DNA of 64,000 bases. Source: Myxococcota bacterium (lineage in GTDB: Bacteria > Myxococcota_A > UBA9160 > UBA6930). Shown one piece after another: positions 26,350-37,151 of this stretch. Each line of letters starts with the position of its first letter. Within the stretch, counting starts at the first letter, position 1. The stretch spans positions 4,294 to 68,293 of the forward strand of contig JASJCN010000001.1 in assembly GCA_030065975.1 (NCBI GenBank), given 5' to 3'. The notes below the pieces were generated by a model. It saw only the letters and a program-made list of their open reading frames with translations. It made no database searches and was not told the origin of the DNA. A program made the translations under genes and the position numbers.

Positions 26350-27438
26350 CTAGTCGGGGATCGCGGCCAGCGAATCCCAGTCGATCGCGTGAGCGCAGTG
26401 CCGAGACGCCATGGCCATGAACATGTCGTCGCCACGTTTGCTCTGCCCGACGATCATCGACGCGACGACGGCCATCACCACGCCTCCGAAGGCGAAGGTG
26501 CGATAGTCGGCGTGCAACGTCTCGAGGTCGTAGCCCGAGACCCCCCGCTTCTCGAGCTCCCGATGGTAGTGAGCGAGCAGGGCGCGTTCGTGCTCGCGGC
26601 GATCTTCCGGCAAGAGACCCGCACCGAGGAAGTACGACGCGTCTCCCGCCGGATGCCCGAGGCCCGGCGTCTGCCAGTCGACGACGGCGAGCGGTGCGGC
26701 TCCCGAGCCTTCCCCGAAGAGCATGTTGTCGAGCCGGTAGTCGCCATGGGTCACGGCGCGCGGGCCCTTGAATCCCGCGCGCACGAAGGCACCGGCCTTG
26801 GGTGCGAAGTCCTGGATCAGCGCGATCGCCTCGGCGTCGAGGCGCGCCTCGTAGCGCTCGCGGAAGCCCCCGAGGACGCTGCCGTAGAGCACCTGGAGCA
26901 GATTCGCCGAATCCTCGCTGCCGCGTTGCAGCCACGCGATCTCGCCGAGCGCGGGATCGTTCCAGCGCGGCGCATGCAGCGCCGCCAGCTCCGAGAGCGC
27001 GAGCGCGGCCTGGTCGACGTCACAGCCGCGGATCTGGTCGCCCTGGACGGCGGGCGCCATGTCCTCCATCACGAGCACGAAGTTCGACGTGTCGGGATCG
27101 AAGGCCGCGTAGTGGCAGGCGGGCGTGCGGATGTCCACGGTGTGGACGAGCTCTCGATAGAAGCGCACCTCGCGCAGGTAGTTCCCCTGGGCCACGCCCG
27201 TGGCGCGGCTCACCGGATCGTCCGAGGGGAACTTCGCGACCAGGGATCCGGGGGTCGCCTCGCTCGCTCCTTCGAGCTGGAGCGCGAAGCGCACGTTGCG
27301 GCCCACCTGTCCGGTGCCCACGTCCGTGGCGTCGAAGTCGACGACGCGGGCCGCGGGGTCACCGCCGTGGCGCAGGCAGGCCGTGAGCCAGTCGGCGTCG
27401 ACGGCGTCGGGGGAAGCGGGGATGCCGGGCTCGCTCAT
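26350..27438 (-). CDS. phosphotransferase family protein (APH/choline-kinase-like)
   Basis: Catalytic-loop THGDYRLDNMLF and VVDWQT motifs. Confidence 0.8.
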   Translation of the reverse strand: MSEPGIPASPDAVDADWLTACLRHGGDPAARVVDFDATDVGTGQVGRNVRFALQLEGASEATPGSLVAKFPSDDPVSRATGVAQGNYLREVRFYRELVHTVDIRTPACHYAAFDPDTSNFVLVMEDMAPAVQGDQIRGCDVDQAALALSELAALHAPRWNDPALGEIAWLQRGSEDSANLLQVLYGSVLGGFRERYEARLDAEAIALIQDFAPKAGAFVRAGFKGPRAVTHGDYRLDNMLFGEGSGAAPLAVVDWQTPGLGHPAGDASYFLGAGLLPEDRREHERALLAHYHRELEKRGVSGYDLETLHADYRTFAFGGVVMAVVASMIVGQSKRGDDMFMAMASRHCAHAIDWDSLAAIPD

Positions 27439-28349
27439 CCCTCGACCGGCTCGGGCTCGGCGCCCTTCGCGACCTGCTCGTCGTGGACGCGCTTCGCCTC
27501 CACCAGCTTCGGCATCAGCTCGTCGAGCTGGTCGAGGCGAAAGACATCCTCGCTCTTGAAGGCCCGGATCACGGCCGGCTGCTGCATGATGCCGAGCTCG
27601 CCCCGCATGATGTTGAAGATCTGCCCGGTCACCTCCTGGGCGGCCGGGCTCGCGAGCCAGGCGACCACCGGTGCCACCTGCTGGGGGCCACGCTTCGGGT
27701 CGTTCGGGTCCACGGTCTCGCCGCGTCCCTCGGCGAGGGGGATGGTCATGCGCGTCGCCGCGCCCGGGGAGATGGTGTTGACGGTGCAGCCGTACTTCTC
27801 GAGCTCGAGGGCGAGCACCCGGCTGAAGCCGGCGATGCCGGCCTTGGCGGCGCCGTAGTTGCTCTGGCCGAAGTTGCCGAGGAGCCCCGAGACCGAGGAG
27901 AAGTTGATGATCCGGCAGCCCGGGCGGCTCGTCTCGCGGATGTACTGGGCGAAGGGGCGGCTGCAGCAGTAGTGCCCCTTCAGGTGCACGTCCTGCACGA
28001 GGTCCCAGTCCTCCTCCTCCATCTTGAAGAGCGTGCGGTCGCGCAGGATGCCGGCGTTGTTGACCAGGACGTCGAGCCCGCCGAAGGCATCGAGAGCCGT
28101 CTGGAAGATCGCGCGCCCGCCCTCGACGGTGGCGACACTGTCCAGGTTCGCAACGGCGCGTCCGCCCGCGGCCTCGATCTCGGCCACGACGTCGTGGGCC
28201 ACGCCCCCCGAGCCGCTGCCGTCGAAGTCGCCGCCCAGGTCGTTCACCACCACCTGGGCGCCCTCGCGGGCGAAGAGGAGGGCGATCTCGCGGCCGATCC
28301 CGCGGCCGGCTCCCGTGACGGCCGCGATCCGGCCTTCCAGTGCGCTCAT
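27435..28349 (-). CDS. SDR family oxidoreductase
   Basis: TGAGRGIGREIA cofactor motif, NNAG, and YGAAKAG catalytic Tyr-Lys. ATGA overlap with the downstream gene. Confidence 0.85.
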   Translation of the reverse strand: MSALEGRIAAVTGAGRGIGREIALLFAREGAQVVVNDLGGDFDGSGSGGVAHDVVAEIEAAGGRAVANLDSVATVEGGRAIFQTALDAFGGLDVLVNNAGILRDRTLFKMEEEDWDLVQDVHLKGHYCCSRPFAQYIRETSRPGCRIINFSSVSGLLGNFGQSNYGAAKAGIAGFSRVLALELEKYGCTVNTISPGAATRMTIPLAEGRGETVDPNDPKRGPQQVAPVVAWLASPAAQEVTGQIFNIMRGELGIMQQPAVIRAFKSEDVFRLDQLDELMPKLVEAKRVHDEQVAKGAEPEPVEG

Positions 28350-28456
28350 GGCGTCTCCTTCATGGGGATCGCCATGCTACCGCGGATCCCGCCGGCTAGA
28401 ATGCCGCGCCTCGCGCGCGCCGGCCCGATGCGGCCGCGCCGAACTCCGGAGGATCC

Positions 28457-29590
28457 GTGGAGAGGCTGCGAAGCCTGGCATTGAATCTGCTGCTCGCGGG
28501 CATGGCCGTGCTGCTGACGATCGGGCTCTTCGAGCTCGGGGCGCGTCTGCTCGTGCCCGAGTGGACCCCGAAGCACGCGGCCCGGAACTTCTGGACCCAC
28601 GACGCGCTGCTCGGCTGGGTGCACGTGCCCGGAGCGTCGGGCGTCCAGGACCATCGCGACTTCAGCGTGCGGATCGAGAACAACGACCACGGTCTGCGCG
28701 ACGACGACTACTCCTTCGAGCGCGTCCCCGGCAAGCGCCGCCTGCTGCTGCTCGGCGACTCCTTCGGCTGGGGCTTCGGGGTCGAGTTCGAAGAGAACAT
28801 GATCGAGATCCTGGACGAGCGTCATCCCGACTGGGAGATGATCAACGCGTCGGTGGCGGGCTACGGCACCGACCAGCAGCTGCTCTACTACCGGGAGACG
28901 GGCCACCGCTACCAGCCCGACGTCGTCCTGCTGCTCTTCCATCCCAACGACATCGAAGACAACAACGACGACTACCGTTACCGCTACTACAAGCCGCACT
29001 TCGAGCTCGGCCCCGAGGGCGAGCTCGTCCTCACCAAGGTGCCGGTTCGCGAGCTGACCCGACGACAGACGATCGAGCGCTTCCTGCACCAGCGCACCTT
29101 CGTGCTGATCCGCATCTGGGAGCTCTTCGAGGACGTCGAGGGCGCGCTGCGCGACGCCCTCCGCGGCGGCGCGGCGAACGCGGCCGCGCTCGACGGGGAG
29201 CCTTCCTCCGATCGCTCGGGCGAGCTGGTGCTCGTGCCGCCGGAGCTGCCGCCCCCGCCGCCGGCCGAGGAGCTCCCCAAGGGCCGCGAGGGGCGTGACG
29301 TGGATCTGCGTCGGACTCGGGCCCTGGTGTCGCTGCTCGCCGAGGAGGTGCGCGACGATGGCGCCGAGTTCGCCGTCATAACGATCCCGGGCTGGCCCGA
29401 CCCGGAGCGTGCGCTCTCGGACGTGCTCGAACAGCAGGGCATTCCCTACCTGAGCCTCGCCCCCTCGTTCCGCGGCGTGCCGCGTGAGGAGTCGAAGTTC
29501 GAGCACGACCCGCACTGGAACGCGGGAGGGCACGCGATCGCCGCCGAGGCGGTGGACGACTTCCTCGAGGAGCGCGGTCTGCTCGACTGA
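28457..29590 (+). CDS. SGNH/GDSL-like hydrolase with N-terminal membrane anchor
   Basis: N-terminal TM, then RRLLLLGDSFGWG (GDS block), SVAGYGTDQ, DPHWNAGGH (DxxH-like). Confidence 0.75.
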   Translation: MERLRSLALNLLLAGMAVLLTIGLFELGARLLVPEWTPKHAARNFWTHDALLGWVHVPGASGVQDHRDFSVRIENNDHGLRDDDYSFERVPGKRRLLLLGDSFGWGFGVEFEENMIEILDERHPDWEMINASVAGYGTDQQLLYYRETGHRYQPDVVLLLFHPNDIEDNNDDYRYRYYKPHFELGPEGELVLTKVPVRELTRRQTIERFLHQRTFVLIRIWELFEDVEGALRDALRGGAANAAALDGEPSSDRSGELVLVPPELPPPPPAEELPKGREGRDVDLRRTRALVSLLAEEVRDDGAEFAVITIPGWPDPERALSDVLEQQGIPYLSLAPSFRGVPREESKFEHDPHWNAGGHAIAAEAVDDFLEERGLLD

Positions 29591-29683
29591 ACTGCGTTCT
29601 CCAGAAACCCGCGACCCTCCGCGAACGTAGGCGCATCCAACCCGAAGGGGGGCACGCCTGCCCCGCGTTGAGGAGCCCGTGAG

Positions 29684-30796
29684 ATGGCGTGGTTGCTGGT
29701 GTGTTCCGCGTTGCTGCTCGCCTTCGTGAACGGCGCCAACGACAACCTGAAGGGCGTCGCGACGCTGTATGGCTCGGGCACGCTGAGCTACCGGCAGTCC
29801 CTGTGGCTCGCCACGGTCTCGACGGCGCTGGGGTCGCTGCTCTCGGTGGTGCTCGCCACGGCTCTGGTCGCGGCCTTCTCCGCCAAGGGCGTGGTCCCGA
29901 CCGAATGGCTCGACACGAGCTTCCTGGCCAGCGTGGCCACGGCCGCGGCCGCCACGGTGCTGGTGGCCACGGCGATCGGCATGCCCATCTCCACCACCCA
30001 CGCACTGCTCGGTGGCATCGTCGGTGCCGGAGTGATCACGGCGGGTTCGGCGGTCGACTTCGCGGCGCTGGCATCGGGCTTCGCCCTCCCTCTCCTGGCA
30101 AGCCCCTTCCTCTCGGTGGCCCTGGCGTTCGCGCTGCATCGCGGGGGGACGTCCGTGGGACGCCAGACCGGCGTGCACGAGGACACCTGCGTCTGCGTCG
30201 CGTCGGGCGCGACCCCCGCGCCCCAGCCGGGTGCGTTGGCGGGCGGAGCGCTGGCGCGCTCGGTGCTCGAGGGGCCCGAGTGGGTCCTCGATCGCGCCGA
30301 GGCTTGTCGGGTTCACGGCCATCGTGGCGTCCAGGTGCGCCAGGCCGTTGCCGCCGGGCACCTGCTCAGCGGAAGCCTGCTCGGCTTCGCGCGGGGTCTG
30401 AACGACACCCCGAAGATCGTGGGCCTGCTGGTCGGCGCCTCCCTCGTGGCGCCGTTGCCGGCGGCCATCGGGGTCGGCGCCTGCATGGCGCTGGGCGGCC
30501 TGCTCGCGGCAAGGCGGGTGACGCACACCATCGCCAAGCGGCTCACGAAGATGACGCCCGGCGAGGGCCTGGCCGGAAACCTGACGGCGTCGTTCCTGGT
30601 GATCGGGGCGTCGAACCTGGGGCTTCCGGTCTCGACGACCCACGTCTCCGTCGGCGGGGTCTTCGGTGTGGGGGCGGCGAACGGGGGCCTCCAGCGGAGG
30701 GCCACCGGCGAGGTCCTGGGCGCCTGGCTGGTGACGCTGCCCTGCTCCGGGCTGCTGGCCGCCGCGCTGGCCTGGGCACTCGGGGCCCACGCCTAG
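29684..30796 (+). CDS. inorganic phosphate transporter, PiT family
   Basis: FVNGANDNLKGVAT and a second GLNDTPKIVG signature; polytopic. Confidence 0.85.
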   Translation: MAWLLVCSALLLAFVNGANDNLKGVATLYGSGTLSYRQSLWLATVSTALGSLLSVVLATALVAAFSAKGVVPTEWLDTSFLASVATAAAATVLVATAIGMPISTTHALLGGIVGAGVITAGSAVDFAALASGFALPLLASPFLSVALAFALHRGGTSVGRQTGVHEDTCVCVASGATPAPQPGALAGGALARSVLEGPEWVLDRAEACRVHGHRGVQVRQAVAAGHLLSGSLLGFARGLNDTPKIVGLLVGASLVAPLPAAIGVGACMALGGLLAARRVTHTIAKRLTKMTPGEGLAGNLTASFLVIGASNLGLPVSTTHVSVGGVFGVGAANGGLQRRATGEVLGAWLVTLPCSGLLAAALAWALGAHA

Positions 30797-31755
30797 CTTC
30801 GATCCACGCGCGCCTGGATGCGGCCCATCTCGCCGGCGGCGCCCCGCGCGCTGGCGCGCGCCGCCACGCCGATCGCCTCGCGCAGGGCTGCCGCCGCGGG
30901 AGTGGGCGTCCGGCCCTGCAGGCTCAACACGGCGTAGGCGGTCTCCAAGGGGAACGGGAAGGGGATGAGCGAGACCCCGCCGCGGGCCTCGGCCCGGCTC
31001 CCGACCGAGAGAGGCGCCCCCGACAGGACGTCGCTCTCTTCGACCAGCTGGATGCAGGCGGACAGGCTCTCGAGCCGGAGCTGCGGGATCCCGCGTCTTC
31101 GCATCTCTCCGGCAAAGGGCTCTGGGAAGCGCGCGTACGCGTCACTTGCGAGACGCGGCGCCGCCCAGGGGAAGTCGAGCCAGGCCTCCGACGGGGCATC
31201 GGAGACGACCAGCGGGTGGTCCGTCCGCGCGAGGATCACCGCGGGCTCGGCGGGCAGGCGCTGGATCGCGATCTCGTCGACGAAGGGGATCTCGTCGAAG
31301 GCGACGCCGCCGATCACCGCGAAGTCGAGCCGCCGGGAGAGCAGATCCTCCACGAGGCCCTCCTGGGGTCCGGACCGCGCCTCGACTCCCACGCCGGGGT
31401 TCGAGGTGGCGAAGGCGATGAGCGCCGGCGCGACCAGGGAGTCGAGGGGGAGCGGCGAGGCGCCGACCGCGACCGTCCCGGACTCGGCCCCGCCCAGGAG
31501 CCGGGCCTCCCGCGCCAGCGCGTCGGCCTGGCCGAGGAGCGAGAGGGCCGGGCCCAGCAGCGCATCGCCCGCGGGCGTGGGGGACACGGAGCGGGTGGTG
31601 CGGTCGAAGAGCCGCAGCCCCAGCTGCTCTTCCAGGCGCTGCACGCTGCGGGTGATCGCGGACTGGGTGATGGCCTGCTCCTCTGCCGCCCGTCGGAACG
31701 AGCGCAGCCGGTGGACGGCCTCGAAGTGGCGCAGCGGGCGGAGCTCCAGGGTCAC
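30793..31755 (-). CDS. LysR family transcriptional regulator
   Basis: LRHFEAVHRLRSFRRAAEEQAITQSAITRSVQRLEEQLGLRLFDR HTH. GTG start. Confidence 0.9.
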   Translation of the reverse strand: MTLELRPLRHFEAVHRLRSFRRAAEEQAITQSAITRSVQRLEEQLGLRLFDRTTRSVSPTPAGDALLGPALSLLGQADALAREARLLGGAESGTVAVGASPLPLDSLVAPALIAFATSNPGVGVEARSGPQEGLVEDLLSRRLDFAVIGGVAFDEIPFVDEIAIQRLPAEPAVILARTDHPLVVSDAPSEAWLDFPWAAPRLASDAYARFPEPFAGEMRRRGIPQLRLESLSACIQLVEESDVLSGAPLSVGSRAEARGGVSLIPFPFPLETAYAVLSLQGRTPTPAAAALREAIGVAARASARGAAGEMGRIQARVDRS

Positions 31756-31839
31756 TCTGCGATCATGAACTCATTCTCATAAATCATCAATACTGCACGA
31801 AAAATTCTCGATACTGATCGCACTTCGAAGGAGCGATCC
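31756..31839. promoter_or_regulatory. AT-rich divergent promoter region (LysR gene / hydroxylase gene)
   Basis: The only strongly AT-rich intergenic stretch in the window. GCGATCA...TGATCGC 7-bp inverted repeat, repeated ATACTG and TCAT motifs, and a GAAGGAG RBS before ATG 31840. Confidence 0.45.
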
Positions 31840-32775
31840 ATGAACCCGACCGACCTGCCCGACGTCTCCGTGCTCGCCGCCCCGCTCTACCTGGCGCTCA
31901 TCGGCCTCGAGGCCCTGCGCATCCGGGCCGGCCGCTGGAAGGGCCGCTACGAGGCCCGCGATACCGCCACCAGCCTGACCATGGGGGCCGGCAGCGTCGT
32001 CGCGGGCGGGCTCTTCGGCGGGATCGCGGCGTCGGTGCTCTTCGCCGCCTGGGAGGCCCGCCTCGCCACGATCCCGGTGAGCATCGGGTCGCTGCTCGCG
32101 GCGTTCGTGCTCGGCGACCTCGTCTACTACTGGCAGCATCGCCTGGGGCACCGGGTGCGCTGGTTCTGGGCCGCCCACGTGACCCACCACTCGAGCACCC
32201 ACTACAACCTCGGCACGGCGCTGCGCCAGAGCTGGATGGGCCCGCTCACCGGGCTCTTCGCGCTCAACCTGCCCCTGGTCTGGATCGGCTTCCACCCGGG
32301 CATGCTGGCCTTCGTCTCCGGCCTGAACCTCGTCTACCAGTTCTGGATCCACACCGAGGCGATCGATCGCCTGCCGCGCTGGTTCGAGGCCGTGTTCAAC
32401 ACGCCCTCCCACCACCGCGTGCACCACGCGAAGAACCCCCGCTACCTGGACGCCAACTACGCGGGGACGCTGATCGTGTGGGATCGCTGGTTCGGCACCT
32501 TCGTTCCGGAGCAGGAAGCGGAGCCCGTCTGCTACGGGCTCGTGCACGACCTCGATTCGTACAACCCGCTCTGGGTGGCGTACCACGAGGTCATCGCGAT
32601 CGCGCGCGATCTCGTTCGCCCGGGGCTCATGCCGGGCGAGCGCCTCCGCTACCTGCTCGCACCGCCGGGGTGGAGCCACGACGGCTCGCGCCAGACCAGC
32701 GACGAGCTGAAGCGCGCCTCTGGTATCGTCGCGCCGTGTCCGACCCCACTCCGACCGTCACCCGCCACTACCTGA
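31840..32775 (+). CDS. fatty acid hydroxylase / sterol desaturase superfamily membrane enzyme
   Basis: Histidine boxes HRLGH, HVTHH, and HHRVHH followed by NYAGTLIVWDRWFGTF. Confidence 0.85.
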   Translation: MNPTDLPDVSVLAAPLYLALIGLEALRIRAGRWKGRYEARDTATSLTMGAGSVVAGGLFGGIAASVLFAAWEARLATIPVSIGSLLAAFVLGDLVYYWQHRLGHRVRWFWAAHVTHHSSTHYNLGTALRQSWMGPLTGLFALNLPLVWIGFHPGMLAFVSGLNLVYQFWIHTEAIDRLPRWFEAVFNTPSHHRVHHAKNPRYLDANYAGTLIVWDRWFGTFVPEQEAEPVCYGLVHDLDSYNPLWVAYHEVIAIARDLVRPGLMPGERLRYLLAPPGWSHDGSRQTSDELKRASGIVAPCPTPLRPSPATT

Positions 32776-33695
32776 ACCACCACCTGGACTCGAAGCGCTG
32801 GCGGGTGTTCGAGCCGCGCGACGGCGACGTCGTCGTCACCACGTCGTACAAGTCCGGCACGACCTGGATGCAGGGGATCCTGCACGCGCTGATCTACGAC
32901 GGGGATCCCGAAGCACCGGCGGTACGCGAGGTCTCGCCCTGGCTCGACGCGCGCTACCACGCGCCCCTAGAGGACGTCGAGGCGCTGCTGCGGGCCCAGA
33001 CCCATCGCCGCTTCATCAAGTCCCACCTGCCCCTCGACGGGCTCCCCTGGTACCCGAACGTCCACTACGTGATCGTCGGCCGCGACGCGCGCGACGTCTT
33101 CATGTCGTTCTGGAACCACTACTCGAACTACACCGACGCGATGTACGCGCGGCTCAACGACCGGCCCCCCGAGGCCGGGCCGGAGCTGCCCCGCGCCGAC
33201 GGCGATCTCGAGGGTACGTTCCGGCGCTGGATGACCCGGGGCTGGTTCCCCTGGGAGAGCGAGGGCTGGCCCTTCTGGAGCAACCTCCACCACACCCAGA
33301 GCTACTGGGAGTTTCGGCAGCTCCCGAACCTCTTCTTCGTCCACTACGCGGACCTCCTGCGGGATCCCCACGGACAGGTGCGCCGCCTGGCCGACGCGCT
33401 CTCGATGGAGGCCGACGACGCCCTCGTCGATCGCGTGGTCGAGGCGACGCGCTTCACCACCATGCAGCAGAGGAACAAGGCCGCCTTCGACGAGCACATC
33501 CGCGAATCGTTCCAGGGCGGAGCCGAGGCGTTCTTCTTCAAGGGCACGAACGGCCGCTGGCGCGACGTGCTCGGCGAGGAGGAGCTCGCGCTCTACGAAG
33601 AGGCCAAGCGTCGGGTGCTGGATCCCGACTGCGCGGACTGGCTCGAGAACGGCTGGCTCCCGGCTTCCGGCTCCGGGAGCAGCACGGCCCGGTAG
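32736..33695 (+). CDS. sulfotransferase (PAPS-dependent, cytosolic ST-like)
   Basis: GTG start inside track ORF 32478..33695. 5'-PSB motif TSYKSGTTWMQ, 3'-PB motif VGRDARDVFMS, and FFFKGTNGRWRD. Confidence 0.8.
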   Translation: MSDPTPTVTRHYLNHHLDSKRWRVFEPRDGDVVVTTSYKSGTTWMQGILHALIYDGDPEAPAVREVSPWLDARYHAPLEDVEALLRAQTHRRFIKSHLPLDGLPWYPNVHYVIVGRDARDVFMSFWNHYSNYTDAMYARLNDRPPEAGPELPRADGDLEGTFRRWMTRGWFPWESEGWPFWSNLHHTQSYWEFRQLPNLFFVHYADLLRDPHGQVRRLADALSMEADDALVDRVVEATRFTTMQQRNKAAFDEHIRESFQGGAEAFFFKGTNGRWRDVLGEEELALYEEAKRRVLDPDCADWLENGWLPASGSGSSTAR

Positions 33696-34834
33696 CGCGC
33701 CACCGCGGACGCCAGCGAGAAGTGCGCCGCACGGGCACGCTGCCGTTCCGGATCGGCCGGCGCGTCCAGGCTCGCGGCGAGGGCCCTGCCGAGGGCCGCG
33801 GGGTCGTTCGTCGGCACCAGCCGGCCATGGCGTCCGCCCTCGAGGATCTCGGCGGGGCCGCTCGGGCAGTCGGTGGCGACGATGGTGGCACCACATGCGA
33901 GCGCCTCGATCAGCACGTTGGGAAGCCCCTCCCGTTCCGAGGGAAGGGCGAAGGCCGACGCCCGGGCCATGAAGGGCATGGGGTTCTCGACGAATCCCGG
34001 AAGCCCGACGTCCGCGGCGATGCCGAGCTCCGCCGCAAGCGCCTCGAGCTCGCCGCGTTCGGGGCCCTCGCCGAGGATCAGCAGTCGTGCGGGCCGCTCC
34101 GCACGCAGCCGCGAGAAGGCGCGGAGCAGGACGTCGAATCCCTTGCGCGCCTTGAGCTTGCCGACGGCGAGGACCACCGGCGGCGCGCCTCGGCGAAGCC
34201 ACGGGTGGTCGATCGGCGCGCGCGCCTGGAGTGCCAGGTGGGCGCCGTCGATCGGGTTGTAGATCGTCTGGATGCGCCCGCTCTCGATGCCGACCACGTC
34301 GCCGAGGTCGCCCGCCACGCCTTCGGAGACGGCGACGAACGCGTCGGCGTCCGCGTAGAGCCGGCGGGCCATGCGGAGCTTCCAGTGCTTCGAGCGTCGC
34401 TCGACCTTGGCCGAGAGATGCGTGCGCTGGCTCAGCACCAGGCGGAACGCGTGCGGAGAAGCCCGCCTTCCGAGGACGCCCAGGTAGTTGGCGTAGCTCG
34501 CGGCGCACAAGACGGCGTCGGGACGGCGCCGCTCGAGGTAGGAGAGCAGGGCCGGCAGCGCGCGCGCGTAGTGGAAGCGGTGCCAGGGGGCCTTCGGGTC
34601 GCGGAGCAGCCCGTGGCGGATCAGCGGAGTGGGCCAGCGCGCGCCCCACGGCAGGGTGTGGAGTGCAACGTCGCGGGGGATCTCGGCGGCGTGCTCCCCG
34701 CCGCCGAGGGTCACCACCACGTCGACGTCGACCCCGCTGCGCCGGAGCCCGCCGGCCAGGCGCAGCGTGGCGCGGGCGACGCCGCTCGCGGCCAGGGAGG
34801 TCAGGAACAGCGAGATGCGCGGCCGGGGCGGCAT
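33593..34834 (-). CDS. glycosyltransferase family 4 (GT-B, GT1 domain)
   Basis: LPSEREGLPNVLIEALACGATIVATD (EX7E region). N-terminal SGVARATLRLAGGL. Confidence 0.85.
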   Translation of the reverse strand: MPPRPRISLFLTSLAASGVARATLRLAGGLRRSGVDVDVVVTLGGGEHAAEIPRDVALHTLPWGARWPTPLIRHGLLRDPKAPWHRFHYARALPALLSYLERRRPDAVLCAASYANYLGVLGRRASPHAFRLVLSQRTHLSAKVERRSKHWKLRMARRLYADADAFVAVSEGVAGDLGDVVGIESGRIQTIYNPIDGAHLALQARAPIDHPWLRRGAPPVVLAVGKLKARKGFDVLLRAFSRLRAERPARLLILGEGPERGELEALAAELGIAADVGLPGFVENPMPFMARASAFALPSEREGLPNVLIEALACGATIVATDCPSGPAEILEGGRHGRLVPTNDPAALGRALAASLDAPADPERQRARAAHFSLASAVARYRAVLLPEPEAGSQPFSSQSAQSGSSTRRLASS

Positions 34835-34899
34835 GGAGGGACCATGCTACGGGCGCGAGCCGCCCGGCGCAGGGGGCCGCGCTCGAAAACCCGGGAATA

Positions 34900-35445
34900 T
34901 CAGCGTTCGGTGCCGAGGGGATCGAAGCCGTAGTGGACGGCGACCCGCCCCGCCGCCGAGTGCGCGAGCTCGTCTGGGAGGATCTCCCAGATCAGGCCGG
35001 TGCGAAGCTCGCCGTCGACGCCCGGGCGGTGGTTCGGGCGCGTCTCGCGCAGGCGATAGCCGAGCTTCCTCGGAACGGCCGCGCTGGCTGCGTTGCGCGG
35101 ATCGCAGTGGATCTCGATCCGGCTCGCCGCCTCGCACTCGAAGCCCATGCGCGTGAGCGCGGCGGAGAGCTCGGTCGCGAGCCCCCGGTTCACGAAGCCG
35201 ACGTCGATCCAGTAGCCGATCTCGCGCACGCCCGGCTCTTCGCCGCGATCGTGGAGCCCGCAGGCGCCGAGCATGCGCCCGCTCTCGCGCTCGAAGACGC
35301 CGTAGCGGAGGTCGGTCCCGGACTCGAACTCGCGGCGGCCGGCGCGGATCCGGTCGAGCTTCTTCTCCGCTCCTTCGGGCTCGTGCAGTGCCCAGGGCAG
35401 CCAGCGCCGCAGGTGCTCGAGGTTGTCCACGACGAGCCGCTGCAA
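34900..35445 (-). CDS. GNAT family N-acetyltransferase (RimJ/RimL-like); true start probably upstream
   Basis: IGYWIDVGFVNRGLATE acetyl-CoA region. The family-typical N-terminal IETPRLVLRPF lies upstream of the first ATG/GTG/TTG (see finding). Confidence 0.75.
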   Translation of the reverse strand: MQRLVVDNLEHLRRWLPWALHEPEGAEKKLDRIRAGRREFESGTDLRYGVFERESGRMLGACGLHDRGEEPGVREIGYWIDVGFVNRGLATELSAALTRMGFECEAASRIEIHCDPRNAASAAVPRKLGYRLRETRPNHRPGVDGELRTGLIWEILPDELAHSAAGRVAVHYGFDPLGTER

Positions 35446-35544
35446 CGCCTCCGCCTCGTCCTCGCGGAAGGGTCGCAGGACGAGGCGCGGGGTCTCGATT
35501 CGCGTCGCGCGTCCCAGATCGGCCAGTCCCGGTCGAGCCGGACC

Positions 35545-36323
35545 TCAGCGGCCCGAGTAGCGCGGCGCGCGCTTCTCGAGGAAGGCGCGCACGCCCTCGC
35601 GGTGGTCCTCGGTGCGGAACAGCTCGGCCAGCGAGCCCGAGACCCACGCGCCGAGCTGCTGCCAGTCGGGGTCGAGGGCCTCGCGCAGGCCGGCCTTCAG
35701 GCGCTGCACGGCGAGGGGCGGGTTCGCAGCGATGCGCTCGGCCAGGGCCATCGCTTCGGCGAGCAGCTCCTCGTGCGCCACCACGCGCGAGACGAGGCCG
35801 ATTCGTCGGGCCTCGGCGGCGTCGATGACGTCGCCGGTGAAGAGCAGCTCGGCCGCCTTCTCCCGCCCGACCAGCGAGGCCAGCCGCGCCAGGCCCGGCA
35901 CGTCGCAACACAGCCCGCGCAGCACGAAGAGCTCGCCGAAGCGCGCGCGCTCGGATGCGACGCGCAGGTCGGCCATGAGGCAGAGCTCCATTCCCCAGCC
36001 GACGGCGGCGCCGTTGATCGCGGCGATCACGGGGACGTCGGTGTGCAGCAGCGCATCCGCGGCCGGCGTGAGTCGCGGCTTCGCCGCGAGGCTCTCGGCG
36101 GGCGGCCCCTTCGGTCCCGCCATGATCTGCTTCACGTCGTCGCCGGAGCAGAAGGCCGGGTCGTCGCCCGTGATCACGAGGCAGCGCGCCCCGGTCTTCC
36201 GGACGGCCTCCTCGAGCTCGCGATAGGTCTGCCAGGTGAGGGCGTTGCGCGCCTCCGGCCGCGCCAGGGTCAGGAGCTCGACGTCCCCGCGGCGCTCGAC
36301 CCGGATCTCGGCGGGGGCGTCGC

Positions 36324-36327
<4 letters not shown>
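35545..36327 (-). CDS. enoyl-CoA hydratase/isomerase (crotonase) family
   Basis: TTG start overlapping the GT2 stop (TTGA). ITGDDPAFCSGDD and AAINGAAVGWGMELCLMADLRVA. Confidence 0.85.
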
Positions 36328-37010
<683 letters not shown>

Positions 37011-37151
37011 GCGGGCAGGGTAGCGCAGCGACCCATTCGGAAGCGCGAGGGTCGAGGATCTCCCATGGGCTCCGAAGGCCTGTGGCGGAACCTGCGCGCC
37101 AGTGAGCCGTGTACCATGGCGGCGGGTGGCTCTCGGAACCTTGGGGGATGC

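Noticed and set aside
28346-30790. 814-aa minus-strand ORF spanning the SGNH hydrolase and PiT genes
   Set aside because: Low-complexity Arg/Gly/Glu/His composition. The opposite strand encodes two proteins with clear family motifs.
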